Below are positions 1 through 9,991 of a stretch of DNA of 32,000 bases, piece after piece; position 1 is the stretch's first letter; every line of letters begins with the position of its first letter. This DNA comes from Candidatus Thorarchaeota archaeon (lineage in GTDB: Archaea > Asgardarchaeota > Heimdallarchaeia > Hodarchaeales > Hodarchaeaceae): positions 11,130 to 43,129 of the forward strand of contig JBHLRO010000023.1 of the NCBI GenBank assembly GCA_048882505.1, given 5' to 3'. A program made the translations under genes and the position numbers. The notes under the pieces were generated by a model. It was not told the origin of the DNA and made no database searches. It saw nothing but the letters and a program-made list of their open reading frames with translations.

Positions 1-1239
1 TGTCGTACCCGTCTCAAGGTCAACAATCTTTACTGAGGTATCAGGTATCGGAAAACCTACTGTTCCAAACTTTCGTAGGGCTTTGTCGGTGGGATTAGCA
101 TGGGTTTGAGGGGAAGTTTCCGTTAATCCATATCCTTCAAACACCACACACCCCGTTACTTCTTCGAATCGTTTAGCCAATTCGGGGGGAAGGGGGGCGG
201 CACCCGACCCCACTGCCATTAACGAAGTCAAATCGTATTTGTCAATAAATGGGTGGCTGACCATCCCAGCCAGCAAAGTCGGTACCGCATGTAAAACTGT
301 GGCTTTATGTTTTTGAATAGCAGCCAGCAAATCTGATAAGGGGGGGTCTCCTGTCCGGGGATCTGGGATTACAATAACTGATGCAGCATGTTGAACTGCC
401 ACCAACATAGTAAGGGTCAAACCATATGAGTGAAACCAAGGGAGAGCCCCAACGAGAACCTCTTCTCTATATCGATATCTCTGAGGTTCATCATTTTCTT
501 CTGTTTGAATTTGGACGTACTCTGAGTGTTGCATAACGTTTGCGTATAGATTGTAATGTGATAACATTGCTCCCTTTGGGGTTCCAGTAGTACCGCCCGT
601 ATAAAGTATAAGGGCAAGATCATCTTTGGGAACGATGTCCACTAATGGAAGGTCTGGTTCCGTCATTTTAATGACATCATCGTAAAAAATCGTGATATCC
701 TCTTGATAAGTGGAACTTTGGGGAATCATCCCTAGAGAGGAACCCAAAACTTTCTTCATTTTAGGCAGAAAGCGCCTCACGCTGCAAACAACTACCTTTT
801 CGACCTGTGTATCTTTTGCAGCCTTATAAGCCGTGGGAGTGTATTCCTTGTGATCCATACAGAAGACCATTCTTGCTCCTGAATCCCTTAATTGGAAGTT
901 GAGTTCCGAGGCCGTATATTGAGGGTTGCAAGTTACCGCAACCGCGCCAGTTTGTAGAATACCGAAGAAAATCGCGGGGTAATGAGGTAGATTCGGCAGG
1001 AAAATAGCGATTCGATCCCCCTTTTTTATTCCCTGCTTATGAAGGAATGTAGCAATTCGATCGGCATGATCTTTCGTTTCTGCAAAAGTGGTGACGCTGC
1101 CTTCAAACAGGAGGTAAGGGAAGTTGCCAGAAGCTGACGCAGTTTTATCAAGTAGACGGAAAAGCGGCTCATTTGGATATTCTAGACTCTTTTTCACGGT
1201 TTTTGGCCATTTAAACAGATGCCATAGCTGATCTTCCAT
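1..1239 (-). CDS. fadD: Long-chain-fatty-acid--CoA ligase (AMP-binding/ANL family); 3' end runs off the left edge of the window
   Basis: Not in the supplied ORF track. Manual translation from the ATG at 1239 gives MEDQLWHLFKWPKTVKKSLEYPNEPLF..., GIKKGDRIAIFLPN, the AMP-binding motif LYTGGTTGTPKGAMLSHYN, then EGYGLTETSP and FGTVGFPIPDT. The conserved motifs all fall in one frame. Confidence 0.9.
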   Translation of the reverse strand, partial: MEDQLWHLFKWPKTVKKSLEYPNEPLFRLLDKTASASGNFPYLLFEGSVTTFAETKDHADRIATFLHKQGIKKGDRIAIFLPNLPHYPAIFFGILQTGAVAVTCNPQYTASELNFQLRDSGARMVFCMDHKEYTPTAYKAAKDTQVEKVVVCSVRRFLPKMKKVLGSSLGMIPQSSTYQEDITIFYDDVIKMTEPDLPLVDIVPKDDLALILYTGGTTGTPKGAMLSHYNLYANVMQHSEYVQIQTEENDEPQRYRYREEVLVGALPWFHSYGLTLTMLVAVQHAASVIVIPDPRTGDPPLSDLLAAIQKHKATVLHAVPTLLAGMVSHPFIDKYDLTSLMAVGSGAAPLPPELAKRFEEVTGCVVFEGYGLTETSPQTHANPTDKALRKFGTVGFPIPDTSVKIVDLETGTT

Positions 1240-1444
1240 AATTACCAAAACCTAAAACAAATGAAAGGTTACCGCCCGTAATTTATGGCCCTTAAAAACA
1301 GTGGGTAAGAGAATGAAATGCTTCTAGATAGGTATATATCGTGGGTATTTGGCTAACTATCTATTGGGCAGATATGGTTCTGAGGATTTAGATTTTTATT
1401 AAATCATTTGATAACTAACTTGAAGAATAGAATTCAAAAAACTC

Positions 1445-2398
1445 TTGCCTGAGCGGAAATTTATGCTTGGTATTTCCTTTATTTCAACTGGCACAACTGC
1501 AACACAGACACCAGTGTTTGCGTCCATTGCATATGAAATGATAAAATATTGGATTAAAAACGAAGAGGATGCACAACCAGACTTCCCTATTGCTTGTGTT
1601 TTTGATTTTTCAAGCATGTACTCCACTCTGGAGTTTTTTGCGTCAGATAAAATACTAATGCGGATGGGGGAACTCACCTCCCTGACGGAGGAAATGAGCG
1701 CTTCAGGTGAGCCTGATTGGTCCAAGTGTAGTTTTCCATCTAAGTTTGCTCATAAAGATACGAAATCACCGTTATTTTTTATAATCCCTCTTTTTCCGAG
1801 GGGAACCACAACATTATTGACGAAATCTGATGTTGTTGGACTAAACAGGCTTATATGGGAAATTTCCAGATTAATTGAAAAGGAGGGGTGTAGATACCTT
1901 CTATACGATCTTCCGCCACTGGAAGTAACTATGAAAGTCCAAAGTAATTCATTTATTCCCGCATTATTGAATTCCAACCTCGTTATTGGTGTTATTGACT
2001 GTAATAAGCCAAAATACGCAGAAGTAGCTCAGGAAATTCGGACTCTGCAAGGTTTTCTTCCCAAACTGGATGTTGTGGCGAACCCTGGTTTAAAACTCAA
2101 TGGTTTAATCCTTAACCAGGTATCCGAGAAGATTCTTTATGACCAATGGTTTGATCAAATTGAAGATGAATTCTCAATACCCATTCTAGGGAAAATTAGC
2201 GAAGATCCACAATTCAGTAAGATTGCGAGCCAATTCCAACTCCCCACTATTGATTCGTTATTTAATCAGATGAAATGCGCAAAAGATTTCCAATCTGCGG
2301 CCGAGACAATCATCCACACTTTGAACGAGCCTGCAAACATTCGGGAGGTTAACGAAAAACAACAGCAATATCTAGAGAGTAATATCATCAATCTCTAG
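1445..2398 (+). CDS. Divergent ParA/MinD-like (SIMIBI) protein with a degenerate P-loop
   Basis: Family-like elements occur in the expected order: N-terminal strand ISFIS, YLLYDLPP (Walker B-like), LNGLILNQV, and PILGKISEDP. The KGGxGKT/S position reads STGTTATQT. The start may be the TTG at 1445 or the ATG of MLGISF. Confidence 0.55.
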   Translation: MPERKFMLGISFISTGTTATQTPVFASIAYEMIKYWIKNEEDAQPDFPIACVFDFSSMYSTLEFFASDKILMRMGELTSLTEEMSASGEPDWSKCSFPSKFAHKDTKSPLFFIIPLFPRGTTTLLTKSDVVGLNRLIWEISRLIEKEGCRYLLYDLPPLEVTMKVQSNSFIPALLNSNLVIGVIDCNKPKYAEVAQEIRTLQGFLPKLDVVANPGLKLNGLILNQVSEKILYDQWFDQIEDEFSIPILGKISEDPQFSKIASQFQLPTIDSLFNQMKCAKDFQSAAETIIHTLNEPANIREVNEKQQQYLESNIINL

Positions 2399-2409
2399 AG
2401 GAGTTTATA

Positions 2410-4806
2410 TCATTTGGGACGATAGGTCTTTTTGAGTCGTGATCGAAACTTGGATACATCTAAATCTTCATTTGTTATTATGCCGGAACTTACTCGTAGC
2501 TTAGGGACGATCAGTCCCTTGACTTTGCTTTGAAAGTCCACGACATCTTCATCGCGAGCAATGATGTCCAGAAAGCGTTCTTTATCTAGGTTTAATTGCT
2601 GAATTAGCTCATCGATACTCTGAGCTTCATGTAATTGGTTTAAAACCTCTTCTGCTGAAATACCTGTTGTAAAACTTATTCTCTGTGCGATTTTTTCCAC
2701 GTTAGTCCCGGATGCTATTCGTATTAACTCATCAGTTGCCAAGCGCTTTCCTGTTAAATTATATATGGCTTCTCTGAGGCGATCTAGATCTCCCGCTTCA
2801 ACCATAATGGTATCCATCTGAGCGGGTGAAACTACAATACCTTCACGTTGAAGGGCTTCAGACAAAACTGATTGGTCAGGAAACAATCGAGATCTGAACT
2901 TAACGGCAATGTTCCGAATCCGAACTTGTTGTGCTTTTATGTATACTCCTGAAAAGGATACCAATATTATCAAGGTTATGATCAAGCCAATCCATTTGAG
3001 TGTATTGAATTCTTCGGTCAGTGGTACATATTCCAAGACTTTACTAGTCTCTACAATCTGTGTTGTTATAAACGTTGATTCATATCTGGTTTCCTCACTA
3101 AAACCAAAGGCCGCGGGCTGTTTATAGGCATCAAAATACCCTTCGTCACAGTCGACTCGGAAATTTAAGTCTCCTTCAAATAACACGGGATTAAGAAGTG
3201 TAATATTAAGAACGAACGAAACCGTTTGTTTAATCGATAAATTCTCCACCACCGATGGCGTCCAGGAATAGGTGACGTTTTCGTGGACAAGTCCAATTAA
3301 ACTTGGAGTGATATTATGAAAAGAAAACAATGGATTCTTATTAGTTACATTCAGTTCAAAGTAAACAGAATTGTTTGCAGAATTTGTTTCGTTCTTAACG
3401 TTGTCTATGGTATAAAGGATCTTGGCCTCTCCAGGCAATTCTCCTTTCTTTAATTCAGTAACTGATTCGATAAAGATAGGTGGATTGTAGGAAGAAATTC
3501 GTGCTTTTATGAGCTCTCCTGATGGTGGTACCCCCGCGGCTGTGACATTAAATTGCCATGTACCGTTCGCTGGGAAATCAATGACCATTGATTTTGGAAA
3601 TTTATCTGAAATAATTATGACATTTTTCGGGATTTGCCCCCCGTTTGAGGGGACGCTGAATATGGAACCATTTGGCTGCCTGATAGAAAGATTAAAGCTA
3701 ACTGATGTATCATTCCAATTTAGGTCATACTTCAATTTTCTTATACTACTGTTAACATTTGGGGAAAAGATCTCTTGGGAGCCGTTTGCTGTGATAACCG
3801 TATTATTCTGATAATCGAGTTCAACCCAGCCTGAGGCCCCATCTTTGGCCTTCAAGAAACTTTCTGAAAGACTTAAAGTATCGTTTCCCCAAAAAAAGTC
3901 ACCATTCGTTCCAAAGGTCTCATTAAGAGAAATCCCCCTTAGAAACTCCTCGTCATACAATAATGTTGTCCCTCTAACACCAACACTATAGATTTTTACC
4001 CCGTTTTCCCTCGCTACCTTGATCGGGCTTTGCGAGTAGATGAATAACGGGTTATCATCAGTTGAATCGTTTTGGCTAAACAATTCAAGGTAATTTGGCA
4101 ATCCATCCGCATCCGCCCATGGTCCAGATTGATGCTCACCGTCTGTTAGAAGGATAATGGATTTTAATGTAGGGACATTTCTTTGCGTATTTTCATTAAG
4201 AAGCACTTCGAGCGATTTATTTAGACCGGCCCATATGTCTGTGCCACCACCGGTCCCAAGAGATTGAACTTCAAGAGAAATGTTTTCAAGATGAGATGAA
4301 TTGCTAACAAAATTTAAATCGGTATCAATTTCAGCGTCATCCAGCCAGTTATAGTCGTAAGTAGCAGTTTGAAACGATGTAAGGGCCACACGGTCTTTCA
4401 CTAAATATTCCCCGTTAGATAGGACAATCCGATTCGTTTGGTTTAGCAGGTCAAGTAGTCTTAGAATTGCTGCCCTTGTAATGTCCATCTTCCCCCCGCT
4501 CCCCATGCTTCCTGATTCATCTACACATATCACAATGTCCGAATCTATAAGGGAAGGTGGAGGTTGAGACGCAAGAAAGATAGGATCACCTGCAGAAAGG
4601 TTTACCTGAACGGGCGTTTCAACAATAATGGGGGTTGTTATCTCAACTTCGGATTCTCGTTCAATCTCAGTTTCAATCTCTATCGGAGGTAAAGCTGTAA
4701 ACACGAATAGAGGGACTGTTATTGAGGCTGCTATTAGTAGTGCAACCACCCTCCGATTATTCTTAATCGCTTCCCTGTAATAATTTAGATTATGGAAGGA
4801 TTTCAT
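2410..4806 (-). CDS. Membrane-anchored vWA-domain protein (N-terminal signal/TM, MIDAS vWA, beta-rich extracellular domains, TM, 175-aa tail)
   Basis: DIVICVDESGSM (DxSxS), GGGTDIW (T) and LLTDG (D) form a complete MIDAS. Hydrophobic segments are VVALLIAASITVPLFVF and WIGLIITLIILVSFSGVYI. Many NxS/T sequons lie between them. Confidence 0.85.
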   Translation of the reverse strand: MKSFHNLNYYREAIKNNRRVVALLIAASITVPLFVFTALPPIEIETEIERESEVEITTPIIVETPVQVNLSAGDPIFLASQPPPSLIDSDIVICVDESGSMGSGGKMDITRAAILRLLDLLNQTNRIVLSNGEYLVKDRVALTSFQTATYDYNWLDDAEIDTDLNFVSNSSHLENISLEVQSLGTGGGTDIWAGLNKSLEVLLNENTQRNVPTLKSIILLTDGEHQSGPWADADGLPNYLELFSQNDSTDDNPLFIYSQSPIKVARENGVKIYSVGVRGTTLLYDEEFLRGISLNETFGTNGDFFWGNDTLSLSESFLKAKDGASGWVELDYQNNTVITANGSQEIFSPNVNSSIRKLKYDLNWNDTSVSFNLSIRQPNGSIFSVPSNGGQIPKNVIIISDKFPKSMVIDFPANGTWQFNVTAAGVPPSGELIKARISSYNPPIFIESVTELKKGELPGEAKILYTIDNVKNETNSANNSVYFELNVTNKNPLFSFHNITPSLIGLVHENVTYSWTPSVVENLSIKQTVSFVLNITLLNPVLFEGDLNFRVDCDEGYFDAYKQPAAFGFSEETRYESTFITTQIVETSKVLEYVPLTEEFNTLKWIGLIITLIILVSFSGVYIKAQQVRIRNIAVKFRSRLFPDQSVLSEALQREGIVVSPAQMDTIMVEAGDLDRLREAIYNLTGKRLATDELIRIASGTNVEKIAQRISFTTGISAEEVLNQLHEAQSIDELIQQLNLDKERFLDIIARDEDVVDFQSKVKGLIVPKLRVSSGIITNEDLDVSKFRSRLKKTYRPK

Positions 4807-5023
4807 CCTAGTAAGGTAGCTCCACGATCTTTACACTATGAAATTCATCGACCCCTACTATAAAAGTTCCCTAATCCCGATGGTGAAGTTCCAGATTAAT
4901 TAACCATTTGTGCGATTTCGATAGATGAGCAATATACGGGAATCGGCAATTTAAATGATGAATCGCCTTCGAGTATTCTAACGATCAAAGTTCTAATGAA
5001 TACAAAATCGAGGCCGTAAATGG

Positions 5024-6898
5024 TTATGTTGAAAGGTTGGCCCATTCTAGATCGAGTTCTTGGAGTTTCTCGATGGTAGGAATCCCATTATTATTCCATC
5101 CACGATATTCATAGTACGCATCCAGTAGCGGTTCGAGGTTAACCACCTGACCTCGAGCCGGGCCATCAGATAGGGGTTCTTCAAGCAGGCGCGGAGGGAG
5201 TGTATCTTCAGTTCGAGTCAGGCCTTCCCTGTTGTTCCATAATCGTTCCAAATTGTAAATCCTTTCACCCGTTCTTCTGAAATCCTCTTCTGAAAACTCT
5301 TCCCCAAGAAGAGCGGCAATTAAAACGGCCCAATCATGCCCCGTGAGCACCATTCCCATGAATTTGCAACCAGATAACGCATCAAATACTTGAAAAGCGT
5401 CCTCGAATTGTTTTAGTACCAAAGCATCGTTAGTATTCTCTGTTAGGTCATCTCCTAGTTCGGCTTCCTCGACAATAAGAAATGGCAAGGAAAGGAAAGC
5501 TGGACCCTCAATAAAGGCGGTCATGTGATCGCCACCTCTATTAGCGACAGCATATGCCAATCCTGTAACTTTTGAAGCTCTAGGATCATAGGCAGGGAGT
5601 TCAAGACCCTTAACATTCATGGCAAACTTTTCCGCTCCGTTACCTAATTCCAAGGCGCATAATCGCGATCCTTCAGCAAGGAAATCTCCTATCCCTTCAC
5701 GCTTAGCAATCTTGTGAAGCAGATCTAGAACCAACCCGCCGTCTCCAAATCTTATTTCGAGGTCACCGGTTTTTTCTTTGGATAAAATCCCTCTCTCAAA
5801 AGCTTCCATGGCAAATGCAATTGTCCCTCCTGCAGAGATAATGTCGAGACCATACTCGTTGCAAAGGAATTGAGCTTTCGTGATGACTTCAAGGTCATGA
5901 ACCATACACATAGACCCCAGAGCGCCCAGAGCCTCATATTCTGGGCTTTCACCGCGTTCCTTTTTCCCCATTCCCTCTAGTTGTATGTCTGAAATTCTTC
6001 CGCAAGCAATGGGGCATGCGTAACATGCCTTACGTTCCACCAGGATATTTTCATTAATGGCCTCTCCATTGATTTCCTCGGAATGTTCATTGACCCCAAG
6101 TTGCCAATTTCGAGTTGGAAATCCGCCCCGTTGGTTCACTAAATCGAGAACTCCCGCGGTTCCATACACTTCCAAGGTCATTTTGAGTAAGGACTGGTTT
6201 ACCCAGTCTACTCGCTTCTTGGCTTCTTTTCGATAATGTTCCTGTTCGGCCACGTCAATTTTTATTTTTCCTCTACAGGCTATCGCCTTTACTCGTTTAG
6301 CCCCCATGACCGTTCCTACTCCGCATCGACCTGCTGCGCGACCCCAGTTGGCATCTTTGACGTCATTCATAATCGCTGCATACTTAACTAGATTTTCACC
6401 TGCGGGACCAATGCAGGCCACGTTGAAATCTTCACCCAATTCCTTGTGAATGGTTTTTGTTGTCTCGGATGTTATTTTTCCCCAAAGATGCGAAGCATCT
6501 CTCAATTCGGCATTTCCTTCATCCAAAACAAGCATGACCGGTTTTGCTGATATACCCTCAAAGATTATCCCATCGAATCCTGCACGTTTCAGATCTCGTC
6601 CCCAGAAACCGCCGCTATTTGCCTGTCCCCATAAACCGGTTAACGGGGATTTCGTTACCACTGAAAACCTACCTGTACTTGGACTCGGTGTTCCAGTAAG
6701 CGGGCCCGTCATGAAGATTAATTTGTTATCAGGGCCAAGAGGATCGGTATTTGGAGCTACCTCGTCATATAGGTATTTGGTCGCTAGTCCTGCGCCCCCT
6801 AAGAAGTTACGTAACGTTTGTTTGTTGGGAAATTCTTCAGTGATAGTTCCTAATGTCAAATTCACTCGCAGGATTTTACCCATGTATCCGTACATCAT
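5024..6898 (-). CDS. aor: Aldehyde:ferredoxin oxidoreductase (tungstopterin family)
   Basis: MYGYMGKILRVNLT start, KSPLTG, AAGRCGVGTVMGAKRVKAI, Fe-S motif CYACPIAC, EYE, CNEYGLDIIS and C-terminal YYEYRGW..NGIPT. The ATG at 6898/6895 is preferred over the GTG at 6907. Confidence 0.93.
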   Translation of the reverse strand: MMYGYMGKILRVNLTLGTITEEFPNKQTLRNFLGGAGLATKYLYDEVAPNTDPLGPDNKLIFMTGPLTGTPSPSTGRFSVVTKSPLTGLWGQANSGGFWGRDLKRAGFDGIIFEGISAKPVMLVLDEGNAELRDASHLWGKITSETTKTIHKELGEDFNVACIGPAGENLVKYAAIMNDVKDANWGRAAGRCGVGTVMGAKRVKAIACRGKIKIDVAEQEHYRKEAKKRVDWVNQSLLKMTLEVYGTAGVLDLVNQRGGFPTRNWQLGVNEHSEEINGEAINENILVERKACYACPIACGRISDIQLEGMGKKERGESPEYEALGALGSMCMVHDLEVITKAQFLCNEYGLDIISAGGTIAFAMEAFERGILSKEKTGDLEIRFGDGGLVLDLLHKIAKREGIGDFLAEGSRLCALELGNGAEKFAMNVKGLELPAYDPRASKVTGLAYAVANRGGDHMTAFIEGPAFLSLPFLIVEEAELGDDLTENTNDALVLKQFEDAFQVFDALSGCKFMGMVLTGHDWAVLIAALLGEEFSEEDFRRTGERIYNLERLWNNREGLTRTEDTLPPRLLEEPLSDGPARGQVVNLEPLLDAYYEYRGWNNNGIPTIEKLQELDLEWANLST

Positions 6899-7042
6899 AT
6901 TTTTCACCGATCTTGAAATATAAATAAATCAGGGTGTTGTAAGCCAAGTGATCAATGCATTAATCTTAATTGCGGTTGATGATAAGGAAAGGCCTTATTT
7001 AAAACAATTACGAGGCGCTTTTCAATCCTTGATGAGTAACTT

Positions 7043-7486
7043 ATGCTTTTGAATCTAATGGAATTGATCCAAATGGTTATGTTTCCAAGTGAAGAGTGGG
7101 TAAAACTGTGGGTAAAGACCCTCAACGAGTATGAAGCCTATCAACGAGCGGCCGAAACGTGGGAAGGTGATTTTTTATTTATCCTTGAAGCAGATGCAGG
7201 ATTGGAGGAAACCATTGTGCTATATTGCGATCTATGGCACGGCAAATGCCGACGAGCCTGGATGGTAACGCCAGAAAATCCCGCTCCGGATAATGTGGAG
7301 TTCGAATATAGGGGACCTTACGGAAATTGGGTGAAATTGCTACAAGGTGAGATTGGACCAATCAAAGGTCTATTGCAACAGAAGTTCAAGCTTAAAGGCA
7401 ATATGGCAAAGGTTATGAAAGCCACAAAGGCAGCATTGGAATTAGTTAAATCTACCACCTTGGTTGAAAATACAGAGTTTTTTTAG
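7043..7486 (+). CDS. SCP2 sterol-carrier/lipid-binding domain protein
   Basis: FPSEEW..W...LN, then G.Y.NWVKLLQGEIGPIKGLLQQKFKLKGNMAKVMK, which is the typical archaeal/bacterial SCP2 pattern. The true start may be ~10 codons downstream. Confidence 0.8.
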   Translation: MLLNLMELIQMVMFPSEEWVKLWVKTLNEYEAYQRAAETWEGDFLFILEADAGLEETIVLYCDLWHGKCRRAWMVTPENPAPDNVEFEYRGPYGNWVKLLQGEIGPIKGLLQQKFKLKGNMAKVMKATKAALELVKSTTLVENTEFF

Positions 7487-7504
7487 GATAGAAGAGAGAC
7501 GAAT

Positions 7505-8686
7505 ATGTGGAGTTTTACGAGTCCTAGACACATCATTCTGGGAGAGGACGCTCTTGAATATTTATCACTTAGGCGTTTCGAACATGCTTTCGTGGTTACT
7601 GATCCCATCATGAGAGAATTGCATCTTGATACCCTTACTAATCGACTAAATGGAACCAAGATAACTGTGTTTGATAAACTACCTAAGGGCGAGACGACTA
7701 TTCATACAGTTCGGAATGGAGCCAAAAAACTTGCAGAAGCGGAACCTGATGTCATTATTGCACTAGGAGGCGGATCGGTGATGGATGCAGCCAAAGGAAT
7801 GTGGGTCATGTGGGCAGACCCTGGCACAGATATCGGAGCATTAAATCCTCTTGAACCTATTCATTTACGAAAAAAAACTAAGGCAGAACTGATAAACATA
7901 CCCACAACCTCTGGAACAGGTTCCGATGTGACCTGGGCCGTTGTGTTACAAGATACCGACGAAAAATTGAAAATATCCCTTGCTAATCGTGAGCTGGTGG
8001 CGGATATTTCTATTCTCGATCCAGGTCTCGCCGCGACAATGCCCCCGCATATGATAGCGGGAACGGGATTTGACGCGCTGTGTCACAGCATCGACGGATA
8101 TTTGTCAACTTGGCAGAACGACTTCAGTGACGCTCTCCTACGTCACGCCTTCAAGTTAGTATGGGAAAACTTGACTGAGGTTTATGAGCGAGCAGCACGA
8201 GGGGATCCAATCGATCCAAAAGCGAGGGAAAAGTTACACCATGCGGCGACTATGGCTGGTTGGGGTATGAGTAATTCACAGATCATTTTAACTCACTCAT
8301 TGGCTCATGCTTTGGGGGGGGTTTTTAGACTCCCTCATGCGTTATTGGTAGGGGCCTCTGGTTGGTATTCACTGATGTTCAATCGAGAAGTGGCTGCGAG
8401 ACGAATTGTTGAATTAGCAGAAATTGTTAAAACACATGCTTCCAATCAAGAAGAGACTGTTATAGATTTTATAGGCGATTTCAAGGCAAAATTGATCCAA
8501 TGTCACCTTCCGATCTCTTTAAAAGAGATGTCAATTTCACGTGAATCTTTTGAGCAGAATTTGGAAATACTGGTCATGAATGCACTTAATGACACTGGAT
8601 CTTTATCTAATCCCCGTGAAATTCAGTATCAAGATGTGGAAAGGATTTTCCACTGTATGTGGGATGGAAATCCCGTTGAATTCTAG
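7505..8686 (+). CDS. Iron-containing alcohol dehydrogenase
   Basis: GGGSVMDAAK, PTTSGTGSD and metal ligands DALCH ... HSLAH ... LPH. Confidence 0.92.
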   Translation: MWSFTSPRHIILGEDALEYLSLRRFEHAFVVTDPIMRELHLDTLTNRLNGTKITVFDKLPKGETTIHTVRNGAKKLAEAEPDVIIALGGGSVMDAAKGMWVMWADPGTDIGALNPLEPIHLRKKTKAELINIPTTSGTGSDVTWAVVLQDTDEKLKISLANRELVADISILDPGLAATMPPHMIAGTGFDALCHSIDGYLSTWQNDFSDALLRHAFKLVWENLTEVYERAARGDPIDPKAREKLHHAATMAGWGMSNSQIILTHSLAHALGGVFRLPHALLVGASGWYSLMFNREVAARRIVELAEIVKTHASNQEETVIDFIGDFKAKLIQCHLPISLKEMSISRESFEQNLEILVMNALNDTGSLSNPREIQYQDVERIFHCMWDGNPVEF

Positions 8687-8809
8687 ATTGAACACGATCG
8701 ATTCTTATCCTTTACTTCAAATGGGCAGCGCTTGTCGGCACCTTTACGATCATGAGATTAACCCAATGATAATTTAATCACTTGCTTCGATAGTAAATAA
8801 ATTCCTAAT

Positions 8810-9991
8810 TCAATAAGCTGTCTCGAGAATTCTGAATAGCGCTTTTTGGTCTAGCTCAATTGGATTATACCTCATACTTGAGGTTCTTTTAGCTTTTTCA
8901 ACGAGACTGGGGAAATCAGAGGTGTCAATTCCTAATTGAGACAACGTTGGGATATTCAGGTCGCGTCCCATGTCTTTAATAAAACTGACAAGGCCCATTA
9001 AGAGATCCGCTTCAGATGCAGAAAATTCAGGGAGGAGGGCCTTGGCCAGGAGTAGATACTTGGTTAATAGGGTATTACTATTTGGAATGCTGCTGCGTGT
9101 TATTTCCTGTAAATTTGTTTCGATCACTGGCCCGAGAAGAGAAGCACAAATCATGCCGTGAGGGATATCGAATCCTCCCATCGGGGAGGCGAATCCATGA
9201 ACCGCGCCAAGCCCCGCATTGGCTAGGCATATGCCACTGAGGAGTGAAGCATATAACATATCAGAACGTGCTTGAAGATCTTTGCCATCCGTATAGGATC
9301 TTACCAATGATTTGCGAACCTTCTCTATCCCAGCTAACGCGAGCGTATCTGTCAAGGGATGGGCATGTTTCGAGGTAAAGGCTTCCACCAATTGCGTAAA
9401 CGCATCCATTCCGCAAGATGCCGTTACTGAAGGCGGAACAGACGTCAAGATGATTGGATCGAGAACCGCCAATTTTGGTATAAGTAAAGGGCTGCGTATA
9501 CTTGCCTTAAGTTCTTCATCTCTAGCGTGGATTACTGCGTTCTTTGTAACCTCACTCCCAGTTCCAGCAGTTGTCGGGATAGCTATAAACGGTAATGGTG
9601 ATTTTTCTACTTTGGAACCTTTTCCAATGACTTCCATATAATCGCGAGCAGATCCCCCATTGGTGGATATCCCTGCGACAGCTTTTCCTGTGTCTATGGC
9701 ACTACCTCCTCCCATCGCGATGACGCCGTCTGTACCGAGTTCCCTTACTTTAGTGACACAATCATCGATGAATTGAACAGTGGGTTCCCCTTTCACGATT
9801 TGAGTTTCCAAAACCATTCCCTTGTCAATCACATCGTCAAAAAACGAACAATTCTCCCTTGCCGCCTGAATGGCACTTGTGCTTCCAACCAGAAGGAATT
9901 TGGTTCCGTAATCAGGAAGGATATTACTCATGTCGTTTAAACGATGTACTCCAAAGATAATTTGAGGGAGAGACAGGAGTTCAAACTGCAT
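8810..9991 (-). CDS. Iron-containing alcohol dehydrogenase-like protein (DAxxQ subtype)
   Basis: GGGSAIDTGK, PTTAGTGSE, DAFTQ (Gln in place of the first His ligand), GAVHGFA and IPHG. The ATG at 9991 (MQFELL) is preferred over the TTG at 10003. Confidence 0.9.
   Translation of the reverse strand: MQFELLSLPQIIFGVHRLNDMSNILPDYGTKFLLVGSTSAIQAARENCSFFDDVIDKGMVLETQIVKGEPTVQFIDDCVTKVRELGTDGVIAMGGGSAIDTGKAVAGISTNGGSARDYMEVIGKGSKVEKSPLPFIAIPTTAGTGSEVTKNAVIHARDEELKASIRSPLLIPKLAVLDPIILTSVPPSVTASCGMDAFTQLVEAFTSKHAHPLTDTLALAGIEKVRKSLVRSYTDGKDLQARSDMLYASLLSGICLANAGLGAVHGFASPMGGFDIPHGMICASLLGPVIETNLQEITRSSIPNSNTLLTKYLLLAKALLPEFSASEADLLMGLVSFIKDMGRDLNIPTLSQLGIDTSDFPSLVEKAKRTSSMRYNPIELDQKALFRILETAY

Noticed and set aside
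417-623. 68-aa minus-strand ORF and other short ORFs in the track overlapping long genes (e.g. 1399-1725, 2909-3127, 6450-6923, 14728-15018, 18041-18421, 20803-21084)
   Set aside because: They are alternative-frame or antisense shadows of well-supported genes; 417-623 lies inside the acyl-CoA ligase in another frame.
6951-6980. Palindromic operator in the AOR/SCP2 divergent promoter
   Set aside because: Only the outer 5 bp (ATCAA/TTGAT) pair symmetrically, which is too weak in AT-rich DNA.
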